The notes under the pieces were generated by a model, which had not been told where the DNA came from, did no database searches, and saw only the letters and a program-made list of their open reading frames with translations. DNA of 20,000 nt, taken from assembly GCA_030167865.1 (NCBI GenBank), contig JALAGF010000799.1, forward strand, positions 47,483 through 67,482, given 5' to 3'. Both the position numbers and the translations under genes were made by a program. Position 1 is the first letter of the stretch; the number at the start of each line of letters is the position of its first letter. This document shows, one piece after another, positions 10,977 to 20,000 of this stretch. The DNA comes from Craspedostauros australis. Lineage: Eukaryota.

Positions 10977-11503
10977 TTCTCTTGCTGGAGAGAGGCACAG
11001 GAGCAAAGATTGGACGATCTTGAGTGGTGCTCACCGCCTGTTGGAGGCTGCAGAGTATGGCACGAGGTGGTACGAGCGTGTTATTCTCTTCGCAATTGCA
11101 ACCGTTCGTCAGAGGCGATGTTCTGTGTTTCGGAGAGTGGTTGTTTGTTCCGAGGCTGTCCTTGTCCTTGCGCGGCTTGGGCCTGTCGTCAGAGAAGAAA
11201 GAGTTGGTGGGATGTGTTGGCGCCGCCGAAAAACGTATGTTTCGTGACTCCAAATCACGGGAATGACTGTTCGTCATATCCACGACTAGCATTCATCGCT
11301 CAAACTTCCTCCCACAAAATGGAGAGGCAAACCAATGAAGGAGACAGACTCGCCCATCCATGCACTGCTGCAACATCGCTCTGCGGGTCAGGATAAACTC
11401 GTCCAAGCCATTTTACCCGATGATTACTATACAGCACGATACTCTCTCTCTCTCTTTGCTCGTGGAGGGTGTTAAGTTGTGGAGTACTGCAAAGTGTACT
11501 AGT

Positions 11504-14500
11504 TTAACTTGTGGCTTCCGTTTCCAGCACACCGTTGTTGCCATTGAGGATCGATTCCAACGATGAGCCGATGCCACCGCTGACCTTTTCCACCATCACC
11601 TCCAGAATTTCGTTGTCGCTAGATCGCTTGATCTGAATGCTGTATTGGCGACCATCAGGGTCTGTGTCTGCGAATCCCACGCTAGCGGAGTCACCGGTCT
11701 TGAGAAAGCCTCTCACGATGGCATCGCTGATGGCATCCTCGAAGAATCGCTGCGCTGCCCGCCGCATGGGACGCGCACCGAACTGGGCCGCGTTGGAGCT
11801 ACCCTCCTGCATGACCTTCTCCACCAGACTCGGCTCGATGGTCAGAGCCATCTCCTGCTCATTTTCAGCGCGCTGCACGGTCTGCTGCAAGATCAGCGAT
11901 GCGATGCTCTCCAGATCATCCTTGCCCAACGGCGAGAAGACCACGATTTCGTCCATGCGATTCAGCAGCTCTGGTCTCATTTCCTGCTCCAGCTCCTCCT
12001 TCACGACCTCGGACAACATGGCGTACAGTGCATCGTTCTCCTCCATCGTCATTTCGTCCGTGCTGGAATTCGGCATGACCTTGGAGAGGTCCAAAATGCG
12101 CTTGCTGCCGACGTTGGATGTCATGACCAGGATGGTGTTTTTGAAGTTGACCGTGCGGCCTTTGCCGTCCGTGAGCATGCCATCCTCCATGATCTGGAGC
12201 AGGATGTTGAGGACGTCCTTGTGCGCCTTCTCCAACTCGTCCAGCAAGACCAGGGAATGCGGCGCTCGTCGGACGGCCTCGGTCAGCTGACCACCTTCGT
12301 CATATCCAATGTATCCGGGCGGTGGTCCTGTGAGGCGTGCCACGGAGTGCTTCTCCATGTACTCCGACATCTATAATGATAATTGTAGGTACGCAAGTGG
12401 GATGAATGCGATGTGCCATAAGCGAGAAGCATGAACAGCGATCGTGAGTCGAGATAAGATCATACAAGCGGAAATGACAGCAACTCCATGAAACACCATG
12501 CACTGGTCCCGAATGGCCGCGCGCCAACAAGCTGCATTGCTAGAGAGTGGTGTATGGTACACCCAACCAACCAACCAACGAATCCAACGAATCCAACAAT
12601 CCACTCACGTCAATGCGAATCATATCCTTCTCCGATCCGAAATACGTTTCGGCCAACGTCTTGCACAGCTCCGTCTTGCCCGTTCCGGTGGGACCGCAGA
12701 ACATGAAGGATGCGATGGGACGCGTGGGATCGCGCAATCCCGATCGTGCACGACGCACGGCACGGCTGACGGATTGCACAGCACGTCCTTGCCCCTTGAC
12801 GCGCCTGGTGATGTCATCCTCCAGCACGACGAGACGATCCATCTCCGCATTCTCCAATTTTCCAATCGGGATATTGGCCCATTCACTGACGACTTGGGCG
12901 ATTGTGTGCTCATCGACGACGGGGAGTTCGGTTTCCTCGTCGTCGTCGTTGTCAAAATCAGCGGCCATGTCATTGTTGAGGTCTTTGGCTGCGGCAGTCT
13001 CCAGATGCACGACGGCGCCAGCTTCGTCCATAAGATCGATGGCCTTATCGGGAAGGAACCGATCGGAGATGTAGCGTTCGGAGAGTTTGGCAGCAGCCTC
13101 GAGACTGCTGGGCGTGTACTGAACACCATGGTGCTTGGAGTAGGTGGGCGACAGCGTTTCCAATATCTGCACCGTCTCATCCACGCTGGGTTCCTTGACC
13201 ATGACAGGTTGCAAACGACGTTCCAACGCGGCGTCCTTCTCGATGTACTTGCGGTACTCCGAGATGGTGGTAGCGCCAATGAGCTGCATCTGACCGCGCG
13301 CCAACGCCGGTTTGAGGAGATTGGCGGCATCCATGCCACCTTCGGCAGCACCGGCACCGACGAGGTTGTGAATTTCATCGATGAAGAGGATGGTGGGCGG
13401 CGCCTTGGGATTCGTGACTTCCTTCAGAATATCCTGCAGCCGCTCTTCGAACTCTCCGCGATACTTCGTACCGGCCACGAGCTGCGATAACTCCAGCGAC
13501 ACCAACCGCGTGCCGCGCAGCCGCTGTGGACACTTGGCAGGATCGATGAGGATCTGCGCGATGCCTTCGGCGATGCTGGTCTTGCCCGTGCCGGGTTCGC
13601 CGATGAGCACGACGTTGTTCTTGCGGCGGCGTGTCAGGGTGCGGATGCAGTTGTAAATCTCCTTGTCGCGGCCTTGCACGGGATCGAGGAGGCCGTCTTG
13701 GGCCTGCAGCGTGAGATCGACGCCGCATTCATCGAGGGTCTTGGAGGAGGCCGTGGCGCCGGTACCACCCATGGCGGCGACCAATTCCTTCTTTTCCAAT
13801 TCGGCGTCGTCCTGGTCCTTCATGTTGCTGAGGAGCGAGTTGCAGATATCGATGGCCTGGTACCGATCCGAGTCGAATCCGTCGAGCAGAATGATGGCAC
13901 GCCAGGCATCGTTGGTCTTGGGATCCATGACGGCCGTGGCAGCATCGCTGTTGGACGACGGGTTGATGTCGTGGTCGTATTCCAGGATCGCCAAGAAGAT
14001 GTGCATCGATTCGATCGTCACGGATCCCATGGTGTCCGCGAGCTCACCGGAACGCTTCAGAGTCTGCTGCACCTCCTTTCCGAACGGAAGATCGTCGTCG
14101 GGATTTTGACGTTGAAAGATGGAAGACAATCCGCCACCGCTATTGGCCGACGCAGCGCTTTCGGCGTAGAGGACGGACAGCACCTGCTGGTACTTGCGCC
14201 ATGTGATGCCGTACTGTGTGAGGGTGCGATCGAGGGGTTTGAAATTCTGCATGTCGACGATGCCGGCCAAGAGGCAGGGCAGCTCCACCTCGGAACGACC
14301 GTACTTGGAAGACTGCTTCTGCGCCGAGACGATGGAGCTTATGACCTCCTCGGACATGCGTTCGAAGACGTGGCGTCTTGTGATGGATGTGGCGTGCGTG
14401 CGTCGGAATGAAGATGGCGATGAGCGACTTGTGCTGCTGCTGCTGATCGAGTTGATGGGATTAGGTGAAGAGATGAGCGATTGTGCAGTTGATGTCTGCG

Positions 14501-14681
14501 ACGACCATCTCGTGTTGGCGACCGATGTGGAGGTGGATGGGATTGTGAAGGACTCCACCGTCATGATTCCACTCCCCGATGCTGTGAAGCCGTGTTGGTC
14601 AGCAGCATCATTGTGCATCCACAACGTGCGCTCGTTGGAGAGGCTCAAGATGAGCGTCGAGATGGCGATGGATCGCAACAT
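11504..14681 (-). CDS. clpC: Class I Clp/Hsp100 AAA+ ATPase, ClpC-like, probably plastid-targeted; complement(join(11504..12370,12609..14681)), 979 aa
   Basis: The Clp N-domain starts [13 protein letters not shown]1 has [17 protein letters not shown], Walker A GEPGTGKT, pore loop [12 protein letters not shown], Walker [16 protein letters not shown] and [13 protein letters not shown]2 has [49 protein letters not shown] and sensor-2 GARPMRR. The intron is phase 0 GTGAGT...TAG. The symbol marks the nearest subfamily only. Confidence 0.93.
12371..12608 (-). other. Intron (238 nt, phase 0) of Clp gene
   Basis: Removal restores the conserved IRIDMSEYME. Confidence 0.95.
12563..12603 (+). repeat. 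Intronic (CCAA)4 followed by (CGAATCCAA)2 CAATCCA
   Basis: Direct reading; lies next to the 5' splice site of the Clp intron. Confidence 0.85.
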
Positions 14682-14830
14682 GGCTGCTCCCGCTGCACTT
14701 ATGTGCTGTGTGCTCTGGAATGAATGATGGATGGTCTGCTCTGCACCTTTTTGTGAATGCTGAAGTGGAATCGCGTTGCTCCCTGGCGCTCTCCAGCTAT
14801 TGTATGATCCACTCTGTTGCTGATCAACGG

Positions 14831-14866
14831 TTCCTCCTACTGTTCCTGCTACTGTTCCTGCCTCTG
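14831..14866 (+). repeat. 3 x 12-bp imperfect tandem repeat TTCCTSCTACTG
   Basis: ttcctcctactg ttcctgctactg ttcctgcctctg, upstream of the Clp start. Confidence 0.8.
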
Positions 14867-15609
14867 CTTCTTGATGGCAAACACCTGCTGAAGGTGATTG
14901 TGTGACACGACCCTTCCTCGTTGCCTCTTGGTATCTGAACTGACGTCAACTGATGCCAAAGGATTGATTGAACAATGAACAAGGAACAGCGTGGATGCTG
15001 GTTTGGCCTAGCGGTGATGACACTCTTCAACCTCTTGCACGAAGTGATGGTGATGATGGATGATGCGGATACGATGGATCTGCGAATGCCTCTCTTGTGC
15101 GACAATCATCGTCATCATCGTCAGCAGTGGTATCACGATCGCATGGACATTGTTCCGCGAAACCGCGGCCACAAATCACGTTTCCGTCAAAGATCCTTTT
15201 CGCCACTTCTCCATCTTGACTCAGCCGCATGCGAACGGTTCATGAGAAAAATGACGACCAATCCAGAAACTGCGACTCATGTGACCAACATGATGACGTC
15301 ATGTTGGATGAAACATGGAATGTGGAATTCAGAATGTCATTCACCGTGCAAGTACGACATTCGATACCCAAAGCTCCCAACTCACGCAAGAACCAAAAGG
15401 ATCACACACCCATCACGCCGTGGTGATGTGACGATGACACCAACACCGCCACAATGATGGATCCGTCGAGAACGAGTGCGGCAACGCACGACCGTCCCTT
15501 CACACAAAAGAAGGAAGGCCTGCATCACATGCGTCATTGCCACACGACCTACCCGCACGAGTGTCATATTCGAAGGAAGAGAACATCGTTTGGAACCTCG
15601 CACTCGGTC

Positions 15610-15647
15610 GTATTATATAATACAGCATACTATTCTATTATATAATA
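15610..15647. promoter_or_regulatory. AT-rich element with two copies of palindromic TATTATATAATA (TATA-like)
   Basis: Copies at 15611-15622 and 15636-15647, just upstream of ATG 15662. A regulatory role is inferred. Confidence 0.45.
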
Positions 15648-15661
15648 TTATACTTGACAAG

Positions 15662-17806
15662 ATGATGTCCGCTGCGAGCCGATCGCTGATGAAGGCTAGG
15701 ATGCCACCATCGCAATCATTGGCGATGATGCAAGGCACTGTGCAACGTTACTCGACCACGATCGGGCATGGCTACTCCAACGGCCTTCTGTCCGCCCACA
15801 ACGCGCATCACACCAAGTACCTGCAGAATCTGAGGCGATGGCACCGCAACTTCTGGAGGTTGTACGCGCGCCGCATGCTCGATCTCATGGCCATCTCGGC
15901 ATCGGCCATGGCGTTGCGTCAAAAGGCCAGCAAGCTCGAGGCGGTGGCGCAGCCCAAGCGATGGCAGAATTGGGAACGCGCCGATTGGGAGGAGACGGCG
16001 TTGGCCTCGGTGGGTGCGTCGTCCTTCCAGCGATGGTGGATGGCGACGCAGCGCGTCATCACCCTGGGAGCGTTGGTGTCGCCGTTGGCCATCCTCGTGC
16101 CGCTTTCCTACGTGTCGGATCGCGCCAAGGATGGGGCCTGGGCCTACGCGCTGTGGGGCATCGAGCATGCTGGTCCCACGTGGATCAAGCTCATGCAATG
16201 GGCCACGACGCGTCAGGATCTCTTCTCTCCCGACTTCTGTCAGTACTTCGGCAAGCTGCGCGACAACACGACGGGACACTCCTGGCAGGAGACGAAGCGC
16301 ATTCTGCAGGAGGAGCTCATTGGGACGGAGTCGGGCGCCACCGTCGATAAGAACGGACGTCCTCCCGTCATGAATGAGAAGTTGACTTCCGATCCCAACA
16401 GTCCGTTCTACAAGAAACCTGGCAGCAGCTTCAAGCGCAACAAAACGGATGGCAGCGGCATGGCGGCACCTTCGTCGTGGGAGGATCTCGTCCGACTCGA
16501 TCCGAAACCGATTGGAAGCGGCTGCATCGCCCAGGTCTATCAGGGAGAGCTGCTGCACCCAACACCGCACTTCCCAGCCAACACGAAGATCGCCGTCAAG
16601 GTGCAGCACCCTGGCATTTGGCACAAAGTCTGCGTCGATTTCTACGTCCTCGGAAAGATGGCCAAATTCTTGGAATCCATACCCTACCTCAACCTCCGCA
16701 TGCTCAGTCTCTGTGACACCATCCGCCAGTTCCGCGACATCATGATCCCGCAGCTCGATCTCACCTTGGAGGCCGACCATCTCAACCGTTTCAACGCGGA
16801 CTTTTCCAACATGCCCAGCATCGACTTCCCCAAACCGCTCACCGAACTCACCACGACCCAGGTCCTCGTCGAGACCTTCATTGAAGGCACACCAATCATG
16901 GACTACGTCGATGCCAGCGAACCAGAACGCATACAGCTGGCGCATTTGGGATTGGAGTCGACGCTCAAGATGATCTTCTTGCACGATTTTGTTCATGGAG
17001 ATTTGCATCCAGGTAAGTGATTGCGTTGGTGAAAGTGTGGCAGAATGGCAGTGATCATAATCGTCGATTTGCAGTGCAGAAGAAAGCATGATTGTCCTAA
17101 TGCATTCCTCTTTTTGCATCATCTCACCCTTTGCTCGCACATCCCTGTTGATGAATTTCACATTCTTTCGACGACCAATTCATACCAAACCAACCAAACA
17201 ACAACAAATATTGACATTGGCAATGCCTCTGACACCGACCCCAACACAGGTAACATTCTCATCAGTGGCACATACCCAAAGCTGAAGCTCAACCTGCTCG
17301 ATTGCGGATTGGTGTTGGAGATGGGACCCTCGCAGCACGTCAACCTCGTCAAGGTTTTGGGTGCATTCACGCGGCGAAACGGACGGCTCGCAGGAGAACT
17401 CATGATAGACATGAAGGCGCAGCAACGACACCATCAGGCCTTGGTCGACGGTGCCGGCAACACGCTCATGGGCGGACCCAACGAGGCCCAGCTCGCGGCC
17501 GAACAGCTCGCGATCCGCCAGAAAGCCGAAAGGGACGTGCAGGCCTTCATCGACGGCATCGAATACATTTGCGTCAAAGACGAAGGGCAGAATTTCATTG
17601 AGAACGTGGGCGATTACATCACGGATATTTGCACCTTGGCATGCCGGCATCACGTCAAACTGGAGCCTGCCTTCATCAATGCCGCGTTGGCCGTGGAGAT
17701 CATGGAAGGCGTGGCCGCGGCGTTGCATCCCGAGCTACGGGTGCAGCAGGTCGCCTTGCCCTTGGTGATCCAAGCCGAGCTCATGCATCGCATGGGATTG
17801 CATTGA
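15662..17806 (+). CDS. ADCK2: ABC1/UbiB atypical kinase, ADCK2/Cqd1-like, probably mitochondrial; join(15662..17012,17250..17806), ~635 aa
   Basis: Motifs: GPTWIKLMQWATTRQDLF, PIGSGCIAQVY, IAVKVQHP, QLDLTLEADHLNRF, FPKP, VLVETF, KMIFLHDFVHGDLHPG|NIL, LLDCGL and EGVAAALHP. The intron GTAAGT(17013)...CAG(17249) is phase 1. The N-terminus is Ser/Ala/Arg-rich and acid-free. Confidence 0.92.
17013..17249 (+). other. Intron (237 nt, phase 1) of ABC1 kinase gene
   Basis: Removal restores the catalytic loop HGDLHPGNIL. Confidence 0.95.
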
Positions 17807-18104
17807 TTTGGTATGGAGTACGCACTAGTCGAGTCTTGCATACGTACCACATCAAAAAGGATATGAACAAAACGCAACGACCACCACATCCCGCGTGTTT
17901 TTTTCTGTAAAGCACCAATAACACCTTCCGTTTAGTGAATTAATGGTTGGACACGCATACTGCTCAGCATTAGTGGAGTAGATACAACTGCACGTGCCAT
18001 GTTTCTTGTTTGTACCATGCGCTCATGAGGGTACGTAAGAGTGGGCATCCTCTCCAGTCCACGAAATAGAGCAAAACGCAAAACCAGGTTCATTGCGTGG
18101 CGTG

Positions 18105-19627
18105 TCAACAACCACCACTCGGGAGCTTGTCGCGGAGCGCGCAGATGGTCGCCTTGCACTGTTCGCCATTCGGATGCGCGCCAAAACATGAAGCTGCAGG
18201 AAGGAGAATGCGGAGCATGACGTGAAAGAGTGCGCATTTTGGTGGCAGCGAGGAGAGCACGTGTCGCATGGTGAGTATGAGAACAGCAATGGAAAGGATT
18301 TTGTTGTCCTCTTTCGGTGCAGGCAAATGCGCAAGCAAGAGCACAGCCGCCGACACACCGCAGTGCATCATCGTCGTATTCTCTGCAGTGGATTATTCAC
18401 ATCGTCCGAGTACTTACGTTCATGCAACGATGGAAAGATGGCCTTGAGTTCTGGACAGATGTTGAGCACGTGGTCCCGTATCGTCCAATTCAAGGACGCC
18501 AGCGTTCCGGATAGCACCAAAGGTAGCTCCACCAGATCAGGCTTTTCCGAAGTCCCCAGCTGATCCGAAGTCACGTACTGGATGCCACCAAATGCTCGGG
18601 TGACCTCCGGTGTTGCCAATCGGTACAGCCGCTCCTGTGCGCCTGCCTGATTCTTTTGATACATATGCTGCAAAAAGTACTTCCAATCCACGTCATCCGA
18701 TTTCTCCGGCGGGAATTCATCAATGATGGAGAGCATGGCAGATCTGTGGCGGAAGGAGTGCGTGCCACCATCGCCGCCGACGCCATTGTACCGCCCCCGA
18801 TTCGGCACGCCCACGAAGTCGTACTGCGTGTAGACATCCCAATCGTAGCTCTCCGATCGATGGTTGGAGCATACGGCGCCGTTTCCGCCAAAGACGAAGA
18901 CGTTCTCGGCGGCGACGGAGTTCCAGAACCACCTCGATTTCAACACCTCCTTGGGCTTCGTTCTGCGGGCTGTCATGTTCTGAGGCAACGGCGTGACGAT
19001 GATGGGTATCCGGCTCGTTGTGATCGTTTGATTCGCGCTCTGGTGTTGCATGGCAGGTCCCAGCATGCGTCTCAATGCAGGGTGGAAGCGCAGCACATCT
19101 TTCTCGAGCCATCCCTGATTGACGAAGACCTGCAACGCCCAGCCATCGGGGAGATTGTTCATGGCGTTGTTGAGCATGATGACGTATCGTCTGTGAAACC
19201 ACTTTGGATTGCGCAGGAACAGGGTCACCGCAACACCTTTGATCATGCCGGGTTGTTGGATGCTACCAATGTTGCTGCTGTCATGGCCGTTGAATGAGGA
19301 TACTGCTGGAGGTAGAGGATGTTGGCGAGGGCTGTCTTCGGAACCGCTCCCGTCCTTCATGGAGTTATTCATCTTTGTCGCTTGAGCAGCATCGAGATGT
19401 TGGAATTGCGCCGCTCTCAACGTATTGATTGTGGCAGCGTGGATCGGGTTGAGTTCATGGTTCGATTGCTGCGTCCTCATGATCAGCGATACGATGATGA
19501 TCCACTGCACGAGAACGATCCCCACCAGAAACATCGCGATCTTCCTCCAGAACGATGCTCCCGTGCTGCTGCCGCTGCTGATGATGCCGCCAGCATGTGT
19601 CGGTTGCCCGATCTTCTTCAACGCCAT
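18105..19627 (-). CDS. Type II membrane DUF5672-like (putative glycosyltransferase-like) protein; complement(join(18105..18193,18418..19627)), 432 aa
   Basis: An N-terminal TM helix (IAMFLVGIVLVQWIIIVSLIM) and a low-complexity stem precede LPDGWALQVF..FWNSVAAENVFVF..VCSN..YDFVGVP..GGDGG.HSFRHRSAM, which resembles DUF5672 'YD.VGAPW..GNGG.SLR'. The phase-1 intron GTAAGT...CTGCAG gives SLHE-P-SCFGAHPNGEQCKATICAL...GGC*. Confidence 0.8.
18194..18417 (-). other. Intron (224 nt, phase 1) of DUF5672-like gene
   Basis: GTAAGT donor and pyrimidine-rich TTCTCCTTCCTGCAG acceptor. Confidence 0.85.
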
Positions 19628-20000
19628 GATCCTGTCTGCCTGTTGCTATTCCACTGAGCAAACAAAAATGGATGAGTGTCGATCTATAATATTTTCAGGC
19701 ACTGTGCCCGTGCATGTGACGATTTTCTGGAAAGTTGTGGAGTATGCATGCATACATACACACATACATGAACGTAAACGTGTTGGTATCGTCTCTGTGA
19801 GAGGTGTTTGGCTTGGAGCTGCCTCTGGTCATTGTTTCTGGCGTTTTGATTTGCGTGGTTTCTCACCAAGGGAACAAGAAAATGGGAGCGGTCGAACATC
19901 CGCCAATGTTCGATTATTGTCCGATACAACATACATGGTCCGTTATCACAGTAAGAACACAGATGGAGTTACTGTAAATGGTATATTCTAACTATATCAA

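Noticed and set aside
11504..14681. Split or pseudogenised clp as two ORFs
   Set aside because: A canonical 238-nt intron restores the conserved RIDMSEY exactly.
14975..15457. 160-aa ORF in the Clp/kinase intergenic region
   Set aside because: Met/His/Asp-rich as a result of GAT/CAT low-complexity DNA; no motif.
15476..15661. N-terminal extension of the kinase ORF in the track
   Set aside because: Starts at GTG and crosses the AT-rich patch; ATG 15662 gives a plausible mitochondrial presequence.
15716..17161. 481-aa antisense ORF (also 12498..13490, 11645..12376, 13674..14411, 18656..19297)
   Set aside because: Shadow ORFs opposite well-supported genes, explained by codon bias.
18090..18116. 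Selenocysteine read-through at GGC-TGA (resembles the thioredoxin reductase GCUG tail)
   Set aside because: Read-through would give CUHATQ*, not CUG*. The best SECIS-like stretch downstream (ATGA-11 nt-AAA, near 18027-17985) lacks the 3' GA of the core quartet, and the protein is not an oxidoreductase.
1..20000. Operon, defence system, transposase/RT, tRNA or rRNA
   Set aside because: Intron-containing eukaryotic genes of unrelated function. No RT, integrase or transposase motifs, LTR/TIR pairs or RNA-gene signatures were seen by eye.

Overview
Eukaryotic DNA, most consistent with a diatom or related photosynthetic stramenopile (inferred from GT-AG introns, ASAFAP-type bipartite plastid presequences and diatom-typical domain families). 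Five genes can be reconstructed with phase-compatible splice sites. (1) A 4-exon + strand gene (~4152-7280) joins a CRAL-TRIO/Sec14-like domain to a CxxC-containing domain. (2) An intronless - strand DUF6816-like protein has a tripartite thylakoid-lumen presequence (9881-10918). (3) A 2-exon - strand class I Clp/Hsp100 ATPase (11504-14681) seems to lack both the coiled-coil middle domain and the ClpP-docking IGF loop. (4) A 2-exon + strand ABC1/UbiB atypical kinase of ADCK2/Cqd1 type (15662-17806) has KLMQ in place of KxGQ. (5) A 2-exon - strand type II membrane DUF5672-like protein lies at 18105-19627. A possible partial CDS sits at the left edge. Two long intervals (475-4150, 7300-9880) hold no recognisable gene, only simple repeats and weak ORFs. 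No rRNA, tRNA, CRISPR array or recognisable transposon was seen. Family calls come from recalled motifs, not database searches.
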